Source: Candidatus Lokiarchaeum ossiferum (GTDB lineage Archaea > Asgardarchaeota > Lokiarchaeia > Sigyniarchaeales > Promethearchaeaceae). Taken from it: 32,000 nucleotides of DNA. Shown here one piece after another: positions 17,436 to 25,957 of the stretch. Numbering within the stretch: the stretch's first letter is position 1; every line of letters starts with the position of its first letter. Below the pieces are notes generated by a model. That model was not told where the DNA came from. It made no database searches and saw only the letters and a list, made by a program, of their open reading frames with translations. A program made the position numbers and the translations under genes. The stretch spans positions 2,850,001 to 2,882,000 of the forward strand of contig CP104013.1 of the NCBI GenBank assembly GCA_025839675.1. The letters run 5' to 3'.

Positions 17436-18515
17436 TCAAATTTTTCCATTTTTCACTTGTTCGAGGTTTTCCCATTCCTCAAATTGATTATCTAAAACCG
17501 AAACAAATTTTGTTAGATCTTCCACAATGATTTCATCTTTATTAATTTTAAAAGGATATTGATCCCCCCACTGAATTAAGCGTTGCAAAAGTTCTGATTC
17601 CGGAATAGATAAAGCCCGAGCAACATCATTTCGTTTTATTCGCTGAGAAATGCGCATAACATTCTTGAATTGATATAAAAGATCTTGATCCCGTTGTCGT
17701 TCTTTTTGTCTAAGGTCCAATTGGATATTTTTCCTTCGTTCGATACGTTTTTTTTTTCTTTCGATTTGTTTTGACTTAATGGTTTGCTTAGCCTGTTCCA
17801 AATGTTTTTCAATAGATTTCATAAAATGATTACTATTTTCTTCAATTTTCTTTTGGATATTAATGACATTATTCTTTTGCACAATAAACCACTTATTGAG
17901 ATCAGAACCTACATGATCAAAAAATGTTTTAATGGGGGTTGTTTGTATTTTATTTGCCGGATTAATAGATTCATTAGAAATTAAAGCATCCATGTTTGGA
18001 AGAAATATATCCTCTAATTCTTCTGATTTTTGAGGTAAAGAAGTTATTTTATCTAGTATTTTGGATCTTGCGATTTTGATCATAGCGGGTGCTACCACTA
18101 ACTGAAAAATACTTAGAAAAAATAAGGAATCAAATAGATTTTGTCGTGATATCGCGGGGTTAATGTAACTATTTTCTTCTGACTGGTTGGTAAAATCCAT
18201 ATAGTGTGAGAGAAAAAGATCATTTAGTTCTTTTTTCTGCAATTTTTTTAGTTGTTGGATATAAAGTTGTATATTGGGGATGATTTCATCCTGGAATTTA
18301 TTTAAAAGATTTTGTATTGTTTTTTGGTCTTCTACATCTAGTTTACTAAAATTTTCATCGTTTTTGTAGTTTTTTTGAAGAATCGAATGAATTTTCAGCC
18401 AATTGATCAAATAATTTAAAGTATTTTTATCATTTTTTATGGAAATATCAAATTTATTAACGTTTTCAAGTAATTGAATTAATAATTCATGGTTTTGCAT
18501 ATTAATCCTACACAT
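17436..18515 (-). CDS. Hypothetical protein: N-terminal helical region, one hydrophobic segment, Lys/Arg-rich coiled coil, C-terminal winged-helix-like module
   Basis: 359-aa ORF. Hydrophobic LFDSLFFLSIFQLVVAPAMIKIA. Basic stretch KSKQIERKKKRIERRKNIQLDLRQKERQRD. C-terminal ISQRIKRNDVARALSIPESELLQRLIQWGDQYPFKINKDEIIV resembles wHTH/PCI-type domains. No family recognised. Confidence 0.65.
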   Translation of the reverse strand: MCRINMQNHELLIQLLENVNKFDISIKNDKNTLNYLINWLKIHSILQKNYKNDENFSKLDVEDQKTIQNLLNKFQDEIIPNIQLYIQQLKKLQKKELNDLFLSHYMDFTNQSEENSYINPAISRQNLFDSLFFLSIFQLVVAPAMIKIARSKILDKITSLPQKSEELEDIFLPNMDALISNESINPANKIQTTPIKTFFDHVGSDLNKWFIVQKNNVINIQKKIEENSNHFMKSIEKHLEQAKQTIKSKQIERKKKRIERRKNIQLDLRQKERQRDQDLLYQFKNVMRISQRIKRNDVARALSIPESELLQRLIQWGDQYPFKINKDEIIVEDLTKFVSVLDNQFEEWENLEQVKNGKI

Positions 18516-18637
18516 TTTTTTTAATATATTATTATGGATAATTACTCCATATAAAGATATGATATCTTTTTCCAGAATTGCCTTTACCCCCTATTACCTT
18601 TTTAGGAAAGGGATTCCTTATTTAGATAGAAATCTTT

Positions 18638-19123
18638 ATGATGATCGTTCCGGGACATTATTCTGATATTATTGAACTTATGCGCGTGGAACTTTTCGCC
18701 TTTGAACAAGACGGGTATGATATCAATACCATCAACCGATTAATTAAAGATTCAATTCTATTTTTGAAAATGATCAATCCGATAGATATGAGTTTGGTAG
18801 GATTTTCAATCTGTTCCAATATGATGGGAGAAGAAAATGTTAAGGAAACCCAAGCTGTAGAATTGATTACGTTAGCGATTCATCCTAAATTTCAAAGGCA
18901 AGGATTTGGAAATCGACTTCTCCAACGAACTTTGGTCGATTTACAACGGTTTAATGTACAAGTTGTGCAACTGCATGTGAAAGTTAGTAATGAAAAAGCG
19001 ATTAATTTATATAAAAAACATGGCTTTAAAATTGTTGAAACCATCGAGGAATACTATGATGACAGCAAGGAATCGGCATATACCATGATCTTGATGCTAA
19101 CTAAAAAGTCGAAGGCTGATTAA
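18638..19123 (+). CDS. GNAT N-acetyltransferase (RimI/Ard1-like)
   Basis: 161 aa. Acetyl-CoA motif A LAIHPKFQRQGFGNRLL (Q/RxxGxG) and C-terminal NEKAINLYKKHGFK...YY.D.ESAY.M, typical of RimI/NAT enzymes. Confidence 0.85.
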   Translation: MMIVPGHYSDIIELMRVELFAFEQDGYDINTINRLIKDSILFLKMINPIDMSLVGFSICSNMMGEENVKETQAVELITLAIHPKFQRQGFGNRLLQRTLVDLQRFNVQVVQLHVKVSNEKAINLYKKHGFKIVETIEEYYDDSKESAYTMILMLTKKSKAD

Positions 19124-19211
19124 ATTGGTTGTTAATATCGAGAAACATTTCCTTATAAGTGTGTAAAACTTAATAGGGGAAAAAATCAAAGTAAAAAATA
19201 AGATATTTATT

Positions 19212-19421
19212 GTGGATCTTACAATAAACAATTTTGATTATACGGTGAAAAATATGAGCGAAGATGAACTTAAAAGAGAAATTGAACAGCATGATAAATC
19301 TGCCATGAAACACGTTTCCGATGAAGAAAAAGCGGCTTATGAAGCTGAAAAGAAAAAACGTGCTGAAGAATTGGAAAAATTGAAAGAAAAATTAAAAGCC
19401 GAAGGTAAATGGGAAGAATAA
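19212..19421 (+). CDS. Small highly charged helical protein (55-69 aa), hypothetical
   Basis: The track ORF begins with GTG at 19212; an ATG at 19254 would give MSEDELKREIEQHDKSAMKHVSDEEKAAYEAEKKKRAEELEKLKEKLKAEGKWEE. Coding status is supported only by length and composition. Confidence 0.4.
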   Translation: MDLTINNFDYTVKNMSEDELKREIEQHDKSAMKHVSDEEKAAYEAEKKKRAEELEKLKEKLKAEGKWEE

Positions 19422-19446
19422 TCCCGCTTCAAATTACTACGTTTTT

Positions 19447-20070
19447 TTAACTATTCTTTTTATCTGGTTGATCTTTTTTCTTTTTATAGGAAACAAATGT
19501 CATTTTATCTGCACTTGTGGGTGTAATATAGGAACCCCCATCTGTATCCTTTAAAACAACATTAAAGACCATTTCTCCAGCCATACATTTTCGGAGACGC
19601 TTTATGGATTCGTTGCAATTTTTCCATTCAATGGAATCAATCGGATTAGTCTCTAAAAAGAACTTCAACTTCTCTTCGATTTTTAATAAAATCCCTTCAA
19701 TATTTGTAAAATCAAAATTTGCTGCAGGACCTCGTTCAATAGAAACGCCAATTTCTTCAATATCAAGATTTCCAGTGGCTCCACGAAATATTTTGTGAGT
19801 AAGGTCACCATCATCAACACAAAGGCGGTATTCACCTGGTTGAAACGCTGTAAACATGCTGATCATATCGGTTTTTCGATAATTACACTCATTGCATTCG
19901 AGGAGTAAAATAAAGATATCATCGCCATCTGGAAGCTTATATAATGTACGGGACATTTTTAACGTTTTTTTACCACATACCGGGCAAGATAGATCATCAG
20001 TGATTTCAGGAAGTTCATAAGTCCCTTGACTTCGTTTTAAGGATGTTTTTTCTTCGATGGAATTCCCCAT
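19447..20070 (-). CDS. ZPR1-type zinc-finger protein (archaeal C4 Zn-finger, COG1779-like)
   Basis: CPVCGKK...(27 aa)...CNECNYR zinc ribbon followed by a beta-rich ZPR1 A-domain-like region (YRLCVDDGDLTHKIFRGATGNLDIEEIGVSIERG). Confidence 0.8.
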   Translation of the reverse strand: MGNSIEEKTSLKRSQGTYELPEITDDLSCPVCGKKTLKMSRTLYKLPDGDDIFILLLECNECNYRKTDMISMFTAFQPGEYRLCVDDGDLTHKIFRGATGNLDIEEIGVSIERGPAANFDFTNIEGILLKIEEKLKFFLETNPIDSIEWKNCNESIKRLRKCMAGEMVFNVVLKDTDGGSYITPTSADKMTFVSYKKKKDQPDKKNS

Positions 20071-20303
20071 AGGACAATGAGTTAGGCATTATGGAAAAAT
20101 TTTTTGTTTATATAAAAAGCCTTTTTTTTACAAAGGTGAAGCTTTTTTTTTTCTAGAGTATATATACAAAATCAATAAATATCGATAAAACGTCGCCTTG
20201 ATATTTTAATGGTGTTAAAATGAAAATTTTAGACACAAAAACCCCATTTAAAAATTGTGACGTTTTTCAAAAACTAAGTGAATTTTTTACTCGAGGAATT
20301 TTT

Positions 20304-20903
20304 ATGACCAATGAAAAAATCTATGAAATAACTTGCCACGGCAGGGGAGGTCAAGGTGCAATTACGGGAGCCTTACTTCTCTGTGAAGTTGCATATGCGG
20401 ATGGATACAAAGATGTATTATCTATTCCTAAAATTGGAGCTGAGCGACGAGGTGCTCCAATTAAAGCATTTTCCAAAATATCGCGAATTCGTGAAATCAA
20501 AAATTTTGCCGCTGTAGATGACGCCGATATTACAATTATCTATGATTCTTCTTTATTGGCACTACCTGGTGTGGCTGACGCAATTAAACATGGAACAGTG
20601 TTAATTAACACTAATTCAGAGGTTGATTTAAGCCAATTTCCGGAAAATACAAAAATCTATACTTCTCCAGTGACCGATATTGCATTAGAAATGAATCTAT
20701 TAGCATCGGGATATCCAATTTTAAATGTCCCATTGTTAGGGGCACTATCTAAAATCAAATATAAAGACGAATCTGGCGAAAATACCTTAGGTTTGAATTT
20801 AGAAACAATTCGAGAAATTGCCACGAAGAAGTTTGGTTCCAAAGGTGAAGCCAATTACAAAGCCGCTGTAGAAGCGGCAAAAAGAATTGTGGAGTTGCGA
20901 TAA
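20304..20903 (+). CDS. porG: 2-oxoacid (pyruvate-type):ferredoxin oxidoreductase, gamma subunit
   Basis: MTNEKIYEITCHGRGGQGAITGA matches the gamma-subunit N-terminus (HGRGGQG). GAGGA lies 7 nt upstream of ATG 20304. The track ORF starts earlier at ATG 20220 (28 extra aa with no homology-like features), so the start is uncertain. Substrate (pyruvate or another 2-oxoacid) cannot be read from sequence. Confidence 0.85.
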   Translation: MTNEKIYEITCHGRGGQGAITGALLLCEVAYADGYKDVLSIPKIGAERRGAPIKAFSKISRIREIKNFAAVDDADITIIYDSSLLALPGVADAIKHGTVLINTNSEVDLSQFPENTKIYTSPVTDIALEMNLLASGYPILNVPLLGALSKIKYKDESGENTLGLNLETIREIATKKFGSKGEANYKAAVEAAKRIVELR

Positions 20904-20904
20904 A

Positions 20905-21243
20905 ATGACAGAAGAAAAATGGAAATCTATTAATAAATGTCGAGACGACCGTCCAGAAATACAATGTTGGGATAATTATTGGGAATTACCTCCCGCTTCA
21001 GTCTCGTTCCCCATAAAGGGAAGTGCTGGAAAAACTGGAGCTTGGCGAACTTTTCGACCTGTAATTGATCAAGAACAATGTATCAAGTGCTACTTCTGTT
21101 TCATGTATTGTCCTGAAGGGACGATCAAAGTTAATGATGAAACCAAAGAAGTATATGTCGACTATGAATATTGTAAAGGATGCGGAGTATGTGCAAATAA
21201 TTGCCCAAAGAAATGCATCGACATGAAAAAGGAGTCAAATTAG
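20905..21243 (+). CDS. porD: 2-oxoacid:ferredoxin oxidoreductase, delta subunit (2x[4Fe-4S] ferredoxin-like)
   Basis: Two cluster motifs, CIKCYFCFMYCP and CKGCGVCANNCP. The ATG at 20905 lies 1 nt after the gamma stop; the TTG at 20887 in the track is less likely. Confidence 0.9.
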   Translation: MTEEKWKSINKCRDDRPEIQCWDNYWELPPASVSFPIKGSAGKTGAWRTFRPVIDQEQCIKCYFCFMYCPEGTIKVNDETKEVYVDYEYCKGCGVCANNCPKKCIDMKKESN

Positions 21244-21253
21244 GTGAAATATT

Positions 21254-22546
21254 ATGGTATTTAAAGAAGGTCCATTAAAAGGAAATTTAGCCGCAGCATA
21301 TGCGGCTATGGATGCAGATATCGATTGTGTGACTGCATATCCAATTACCCCTCAAACAACTGTTGTTGAAAAACTGAGTGAATTGGTCGGAGAAAAAGAA
21401 TTTCTTGACCGAGGGCAAAAAGTTGAATATATTCGAATGGAATCGGAACACTCTGTTGGAGCAGGATTGGTTGGAGCAGCATTTGCAGGAGCTCGAACTT
21501 ATTCCGCAACAGCGGGACAAGGACTTCTCTATATGTCCGAGATGGTCCATTGGATGGTGGGTGCACGTATTCCCGTAGTACTTTCAATCGCTGCTCGTGC
21601 ATTAACTGGTGGAGGATGGAATATTTGGGCAGATTATGGAGACATTATGAACCAGCGAGATTCTGGGATTTTAATTCAATTTTTAAGCTCCCATCAAGAA
21701 ATATATGATACAATCTTAATGAGTTATAACATTGCCGAACATCCTGATGTAATGCTTCCGCTTTTCCCCGCCTATGGTGGCTTTGTTTTAAGTCACACCG
21801 CGAAACCCGTGAAACGAATATCTTGGGAAGAAGCACAACAATTTGTGCGCCCAAAAACCGAAGAATGGCCACACATTTGGGTTGATGGAGATCGCCCTAT
21901 TATGAGTGGTGCCATGATTATGCCGCAAACTTATGCGGAATTCCGGATTAAAGCTCAAGAAGCACAATTACGGGCTAAACCAGTCATAAAACAAGTGATG
22001 GCCGATTTTAAAGCCAAATTTGGGAGAAGTTATGGAAATGGAATGGTCGAACCTTATATGACCGATGATGCCGAAGTTCTGTTAATTGGCTACGGGGGCA
22101 TTGCCAAACAAGCCGAAGATGCAGTGGACGCAGCCCGAAAAATGGGATTAAAAGTAGGAGCTTTACGCATTCGCACCTATCGACCGTTCCCAACTGAAGA
22201 TATTTTATCGTATATTAGACGGATTCCCGTTGTCGGAGTCGTTGATCGAGCCATTGCTTTTGGAAATCCAACCGCCAGTCCAGTGTGTACTGATATCATG
22301 GCAGTATGTCAACGAGATCCTGAAGCCAAAAATGCCCACATAATCCCCTTTGTTGCGGGTATAGGTGGACGCGATACTACATTTGATCAACAAATGGAAC
22401 AAATCAAAATATTATTTGAATATAAGGACACCGGTGTGGAACCAGCCCGTAAACATAAGATGTTTGGCACCTATTGGACCGGATTGATGACTGGAGAAGG
22501 CGAAAAGCCCGCAGACTTTTCAGAACCTTACTTTGGAGATATATAG
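21254..22546 (+). CDS. porA: 2-oxoacid:ferredoxin oxidoreductase, alpha subunit
   Basis: 430 aa. N-terminus GNLAAAYAAMDADIDCVTAYPITPQT and ESEHSVGAG are characteristic of OFOR alpha subunits. Confidence 0.92.
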   Translation: MVFKEGPLKGNLAAAYAAMDADIDCVTAYPITPQTTVVEKLSELVGEKEFLDRGQKVEYIRMESEHSVGAGLVGAAFAGARTYSATAGQGLLYMSEMVHWMVGARIPVVLSIAARALTGGGWNIWADYGDIMNQRDSGILIQFLSSHQEIYDTILMSYNIAEHPDVMLPLFPAYGGFVLSHTAKPVKRISWEEAQQFVRPKTEEWPHIWVDGDRPIMSGAMIMPQTYAEFRIKAQEAQLRAKPVIKQVMADFKAKFGRSYGNGMVEPYMTDDAEVLLIGYGGIAKQAEDAVDAARKMGLKVGALRIRTYRPFPTEDILSYIRRIPVVGVVDRAIAFGNPTASPVCTDIMAVCQRDPEAKNAHIIPFVAGIGGRDTTFDQQMEQIKILFEYKDTGVEPARKHKMFGTYWTGLMTGEGEKPADFSEPYFGDI

Positions 22547-22557
22547 GAGAGATTAAC

Positions 22558-23496
22558 ATGGCAAAATCAAAAATAAAAGATTTAATCAATATTCCCGAAG
22601 CTCGACGCGAATATTTCCTTGCTGGTAATTCAACCTGCCAAGGCTGTGGATTAGACATGGCCCTCCGCTGGGCCATGAAAGCTCTGGGACAATATACCGT
22701 TACTATTTCCCCCGCCAGCTGCAGCAATGTTGTCACTGGAGTGTGGCCCAAATCCGCCCCTGATTGGCCTTGGTTTAACATGGCTTTTGCAGGTGCAACC
22801 GCTGCCGCTACGGGTATGAAACATGGTTTGATCACGAAAGGTAAAGGCCACTACAATGTTGTGGTTTGGGCCGGCGATGGAGGCACTACCGATATTGGCC
22901 TTCAAGGATTAAGTGGCGCCGCTGAGCGCAACGAAGACATCATTTATGTCTGTTATGACAATGAAGCCTACCAGAATACCGGAAATCAAAGAAGTAGTTC
23001 GACCCCTCATGGAGTTGTTACAACAACAACACCTTATGGAAAAGAACAACACAAGAAAAATTTGCCCATGATCGTGGCAGCCCATAATGTCCCTTATGTT
23101 GCGACAGCTTCCGTGTCAGATCCAATGGATTTGTATGATAAATTTAAAAAAGCCAAGGACATCAAAGGATTCCGCTATATTCAAATTTTGAGCCCCTGCC
23201 CTCCAGGATGGCGCTCAGAAGCGAAGGATACAATTCAACATGCGCAGATGGCTATTGATTGCGGCATTTTCCCACTCTATGAGATAGAAAATGGGAAGTT
23301 GACTTTAAACGGTAAAAGTGTACGAATGCATGACAAAACCAAGCGCAAGCCCTTGGGAGAATATTTCAATAAGAAGAACCAAGGACGCTTCAAAAAGGTG
23401 GATGAAGAAGTCTTGAAAGTATTACAAGAAGACACTGACAAGTGGTGGGCGTGGATCGATCGTCACTTAGTGTATCAAGAAGAAGCCGAATTGTAA
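22558..23496 (+). CDS. porB: 2-oxoacid:ferredoxin oxidoreductase, beta subunit (TPP/Fe-S binding)
   Basis: GNSTCQGCG cysteine motif and TPP-binding WAGDGGTTDIGLQGLSGA...YDNEAYQNTGNQ. Start placed at ATG 22558 (GGAGA 8 nt upstream, 11 nt after the alpha stop) rather than the overlapping track start at 22474. Confidence 0.92.
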   Translation: MAKSKIKDLINIPEARREYFLAGNSTCQGCGLDMALRWAMKALGQYTVTISPASCSNVVTGVWPKSAPDWPWFNMAFAGATAAATGMKHGLITKGKGHYNVVVWAGDGGTTDIGLQGLSGAAERNEDIIYVCYDNEAYQNTGNQRSSSTPHGVVTTTTPYGKEQHKKNLPMIVAAHNVPYVATASVSDPMDLYDKFKKAKDIKGFRYIQILSPCPPGWRSEAKDTIQHAQMAIDCGIFPLYEIENGKLTLNGKSVRMHDKTKRKPLGEYFNKKNQGRFKKVDEEVLKVLQEDTDKWWAWIDRHLVYQEEAEL

Positions 23497-23505
23497 AATC
23501 TGGTG

Positions 23506-23522
23506 TTTTTTCTTATTTTTTT
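23506..23522 (+). terminator. Oligo-T tract pair downstream of the OFOR operon (candidate archaeal terminator)
   Basis: T6-C-TTA-T7, starting 10 nt after the porB stop. Archaeal RNA polymerase terminates at oligo-T runs (established). No experimental support here. Confidence 0.35.
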
Positions 23523-23593
23523 CCCTTTTGACCATTTTTATTCCGTTTTCTTCGAATTTTAAGCTTATCTACCAATGAAATAATTCTTATAAA

Positions 23594-23622
23594 AAAATCA
23601 ATTCACCAAAATAATTGATTTT
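23594..23622. promoter_or_regulatory. 10-bp perfect inverted repeat with 9-nt spacer upstream of the thiolase operon (candidate operator)
   Basis: AAAATCAATT-caccaaaat-AATTGATTTT, about 85-115 bp upstream of ATG 23708. AT-rich, so chance occurrence is plausible. Confidence 0.2.
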
Positions 23623-23707
23623 CGTAAATAAGGCTTTTTTAACTACACCGAAAATATTCCAATTACTGTAATTTTGAACTAAAAAATTATTGTATAAAGT
23701 GAAAAAT

Positions 23708-25018
23708 ATGACATTTAAAGAATGCTACATGGTCGATTATGTGCGCACACCATTCTCACGTGCACGACCCACATCACGAGAAAGAAGTGCTTTTAGTGAA
23801 GTTTCAAGCCATCAATTAGTCGGATATACACTCCGTAATATGTTTGAAGAACGATTAAAAGGAAAAGTTCAACCAGAAGAAGTGTCCGAATTTACCATTG
23901 GATGTTCCGTTCCTGTGGGCCACAATTGGAGTTACGCTGGACGAAATTCATGGTTTGCTGGCGGCATGCCTGCAACAGTCCCAAGTTTATTCTTTGATCG
24001 AGCTTGTGGATCTGCTATGTCTGGAATGCATCATGCAGTCATGTCGATTATGACGGGTTATGGTGACATTGAAGTATGTAGCGGAGCCGAACACATGTAT
24101 CAAGAATCAATGGATATGCAACTTCAAAAAAATATTAAACCTCCAACTTTCTTAGTGCAAGAAACAGAGGGTAATATTTTCTATCGTGGAGATCTTGACA
24201 TTATGACAGGATTTCAAATGCTTCAGACGGCACAAAAACTTTTTGAAGAAGAAAGTGACCATATTACAGTAGAAGATATGGCAAAATTGGGAGTGAGAAG
24301 TCATAATTTAGCATCTAAAGCCTATGATGAGGGATATTTTAAAGGAGAACTTATTCCGGTAATGGGTCATAAAGAAGGAAATCTTGATGAGCCAATGTTA
24401 GTAGAACGAGATCTTGCAGTTCGAAAAGGAGTTACCTTAGAAAAAACAATGTCTTTACCACCTGCCAGTAATCCAGGATTCCGAGGTGGATATAAACATC
24501 CAAAGTTCAAGAAAAAGGAATACAAAGAACGCTTTGGAACTACCAAAGGAGTAATCACCGCAGGAATGGCATCTCCATTAAATGCAGGTGCTGCGACATG
24601 TGTGTTAATGTCCAAAGAAGCTATGGAATCACACGATGTAAAACCAATGGTTAAAATCATTGGAATGGGATGGGCGGGTGTAGATCCTTCCGTAATGGGC
24701 CGTGGTCCAGTACCAGCATCAGAAATGGCCTTAAAGCATGCGGGATTAAAAGCAGATGATATTGATTATTGGGAAATTAACGAAGCGTTTTCAGTCGTTG
24801 CTCTCAATTGTATGCACCACTTCAACATTCCAATGGAAAAAGTGAACGTCAAAGGGGGATCCACAGCAATTGGTCATCCCCTCGGAGCATCAGGTATCCG
24901 ATTACCAGCAACTTTAGCCCGAATTTTGAACGAGAAGAAAGCCAAATACGGATTAGCCAACCTTTGTTGTGGTTCTGGACAAGGTGTTGCCGTTATAATG
25001 GAAAATACCAATATTTAA
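23708..25018 (+). CDS. Thiolase (acetyl-CoA C-acyl/acetyltransferase family)
   Basis: Catalytic motifs DRACGSAMSG (nucleophilic Cys), WEINEAFS, GGSTAIGHPLGASG and LCCGSGQGVAV. Start placed at ATG 23708 (MTFKECYMVDYVRTPF) rather than the TTG at 23690. Confidence 0.9.
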   Translation: MTFKECYMVDYVRTPFSRARPTSRERSAFSEVSSHQLVGYTLRNMFEERLKGKVQPEEVSEFTIGCSVPVGHNWSYAGRNSWFAGGMPATVPSLFFDRACGSAMSGMHHAVMSIMTGYGDIEVCSGAEHMYQESMDMQLQKNIKPPTFLVQETEGNIFYRGDLDIMTGFQMLQTAQKLFEEESDHITVEDMAKLGVRSHNLASKAYDEGYFKGELIPVMGHKEGNLDEPMLVERDLAVRKGVTLEKTMSLPPASNPGFRGGYKHPKFKKKEYKERFGTTKGVITAGMASPLNAGAATCVLMSKEAMESHDVKPMVKIIGMGWAGVDPSVMGRGPVPASEMALKHAGLKADDIDYWEINEAFSVVALNCMHHFNIPMEKVNVKGGSTAIGHPLGASGIRLPATLARILNEKKAKYGLANLCCGSGQGVAVIMENTNI

Positions 25019-25087
25019 TCGTCCAAATATGGATGAAATCCTTTTTTTTATAATTATATATTAACAACTTCGTAAATGTGAAAAAAC

Positions 25088-25948
25088 ATGGGAAGATTTG
25101 AAGGGAAAACCGCACTTATTGGAGGAAATCTTGGAAAACTCAAGAAAGATAAATTCAAGATGGGCCTCGGCGGTGTTATAGCAAAGCAATTGTTAGATGA
25201 TGGTGCGCAAGTAGTGCTTGTTGATACTGATTTTGCAATTGCTCAAGAATGTGCCAAAGCACTTGGTGGTCAATCAAAGGCAGTGGAATGCGATTTGATG
25301 AAAGATCGAACGTATGAAACTGAAGAATATACTGATCATCGAGGCAATAAAAAAACGAAAGTAGTATGGAAAGATAATCCAGCCTTAAAAATGGTTGAAG
25401 ACATCGCCCAAGAATATGGAAAATTGGACATTTTAATTACAAATTTCGATAAATTTGAAAAAGCTCGTTTAGATTCAACTTCCGAGGAAATGTATAATGA
25501 TCTACGTGAACAGAACATCACTCCTACCTTCCATTTATTGGCAGCAGTCCGAGAATTGTTTTCTGCCCAACGTAAAACAACTGGATCCTATGCAAAAGTA
25601 GTAATGATCACCAGTATGGTAGGAAAAGCCGGAATGTCAATGGGGGCCATTTATTCAGCATTTAAAGGTTCAATTGTTGGCTTGACAAAAAGTTTAGCAA
25701 GAGAATTTGGAAGATTTGCAAATGTAAACACTATTGCTTGTGGACCCTTTGCTGAAAAGAAAATGCAAGGTCCTCGAGAAAAAATCCGTGATGGGTTCAT
25801 GGCCACTCAAACTGACATGGCAAATCAACCAATTACATTTGATAAAATCGCCCCACTGGCCGCCTTTTTAGCATCCGATGATGCAATTGTTATAAATGGG
25901 CAAATAATTAGCGCCGATGGAGGACTATGGCTCAAATTGGAGCAATAA
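25088..25948 (+). CDS. Atypical short-chain dehydrogenase/reductase (SDR) family protein
   Basis: Ser...YxxxK retained (ITSMVG...IYSAFKG) and C-terminal INGQIISADGG, but the TGxxxGxG motif is interrupted (GGNLGKLKKDKFKMGLGG) and NNAG is TNFD. Confidence 0.75.
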   Translation: MGRFEGKTALIGGNLGKLKKDKFKMGLGGVIAKQLLDDGAQVVLVDTDFAIAQECAKALGGQSKAVECDLMKDRTYETEEYTDHRGNKKTKVVWKDNPALKMVEDIAQEYGKLDILITNFDKFEKARLDSTSEEMYNDLREQNITPTFHLLAAVRELFSAQRKTTGSYAKVVMITSMVGKAGMSMGAIYSAFKGSIVGLTKSLAREFGRFANVNTIACGPFAEKKMQGPREKIRDGFMATQTDMANQPITFDKIAPLAAFLASDDAIVINGQIISADGGLWLKLEQ

Positions 25949-25957
25949 TTAGGAGGA

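Noticed and set aside
20101-20152. Two copies of AAGC(C)-T8-10 (AAAAAGCCTTTTTTTT ... GAAGCTTTTTTTTTT) between the ZPR1 and OFOR genes
   Set aside because: This is low-complexity T-tract sequence within a divergent promoter region (with TATA-like TTTATATAAAAA and TATATATAC nearby). No convincing repeat unit or hairpin is present.
20220-20303. Longer start for the OFOR gamma subunit (MKILDTKTPFKNCDVFQKLSEFFTRGIF...)
   Set aside because: Gamma subunits normally begin a few residues before HGRGGQG, and ATG 20304 has a GAGGA upstream. Not fully excluded, because a TATA-like element at about 20160 would suit the 20220 start. The same logic was applied to the overlapping long starts of porB (22474) and porD (TTG 20887).
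21287-22905. Dense cluster of 60-143-aa ORFs antisense or out of frame to porA/porB (21287..21550, 21345..21602, 21378..21578, 21645..21872, 22008..22193, 22205..22402, 22404..22835, 22651..22905)
   Set aside because: All lie inside confidently identified OFOR genes. They have no motif content and are explained by stop-codon depletion in this locally GC-rich stretch.
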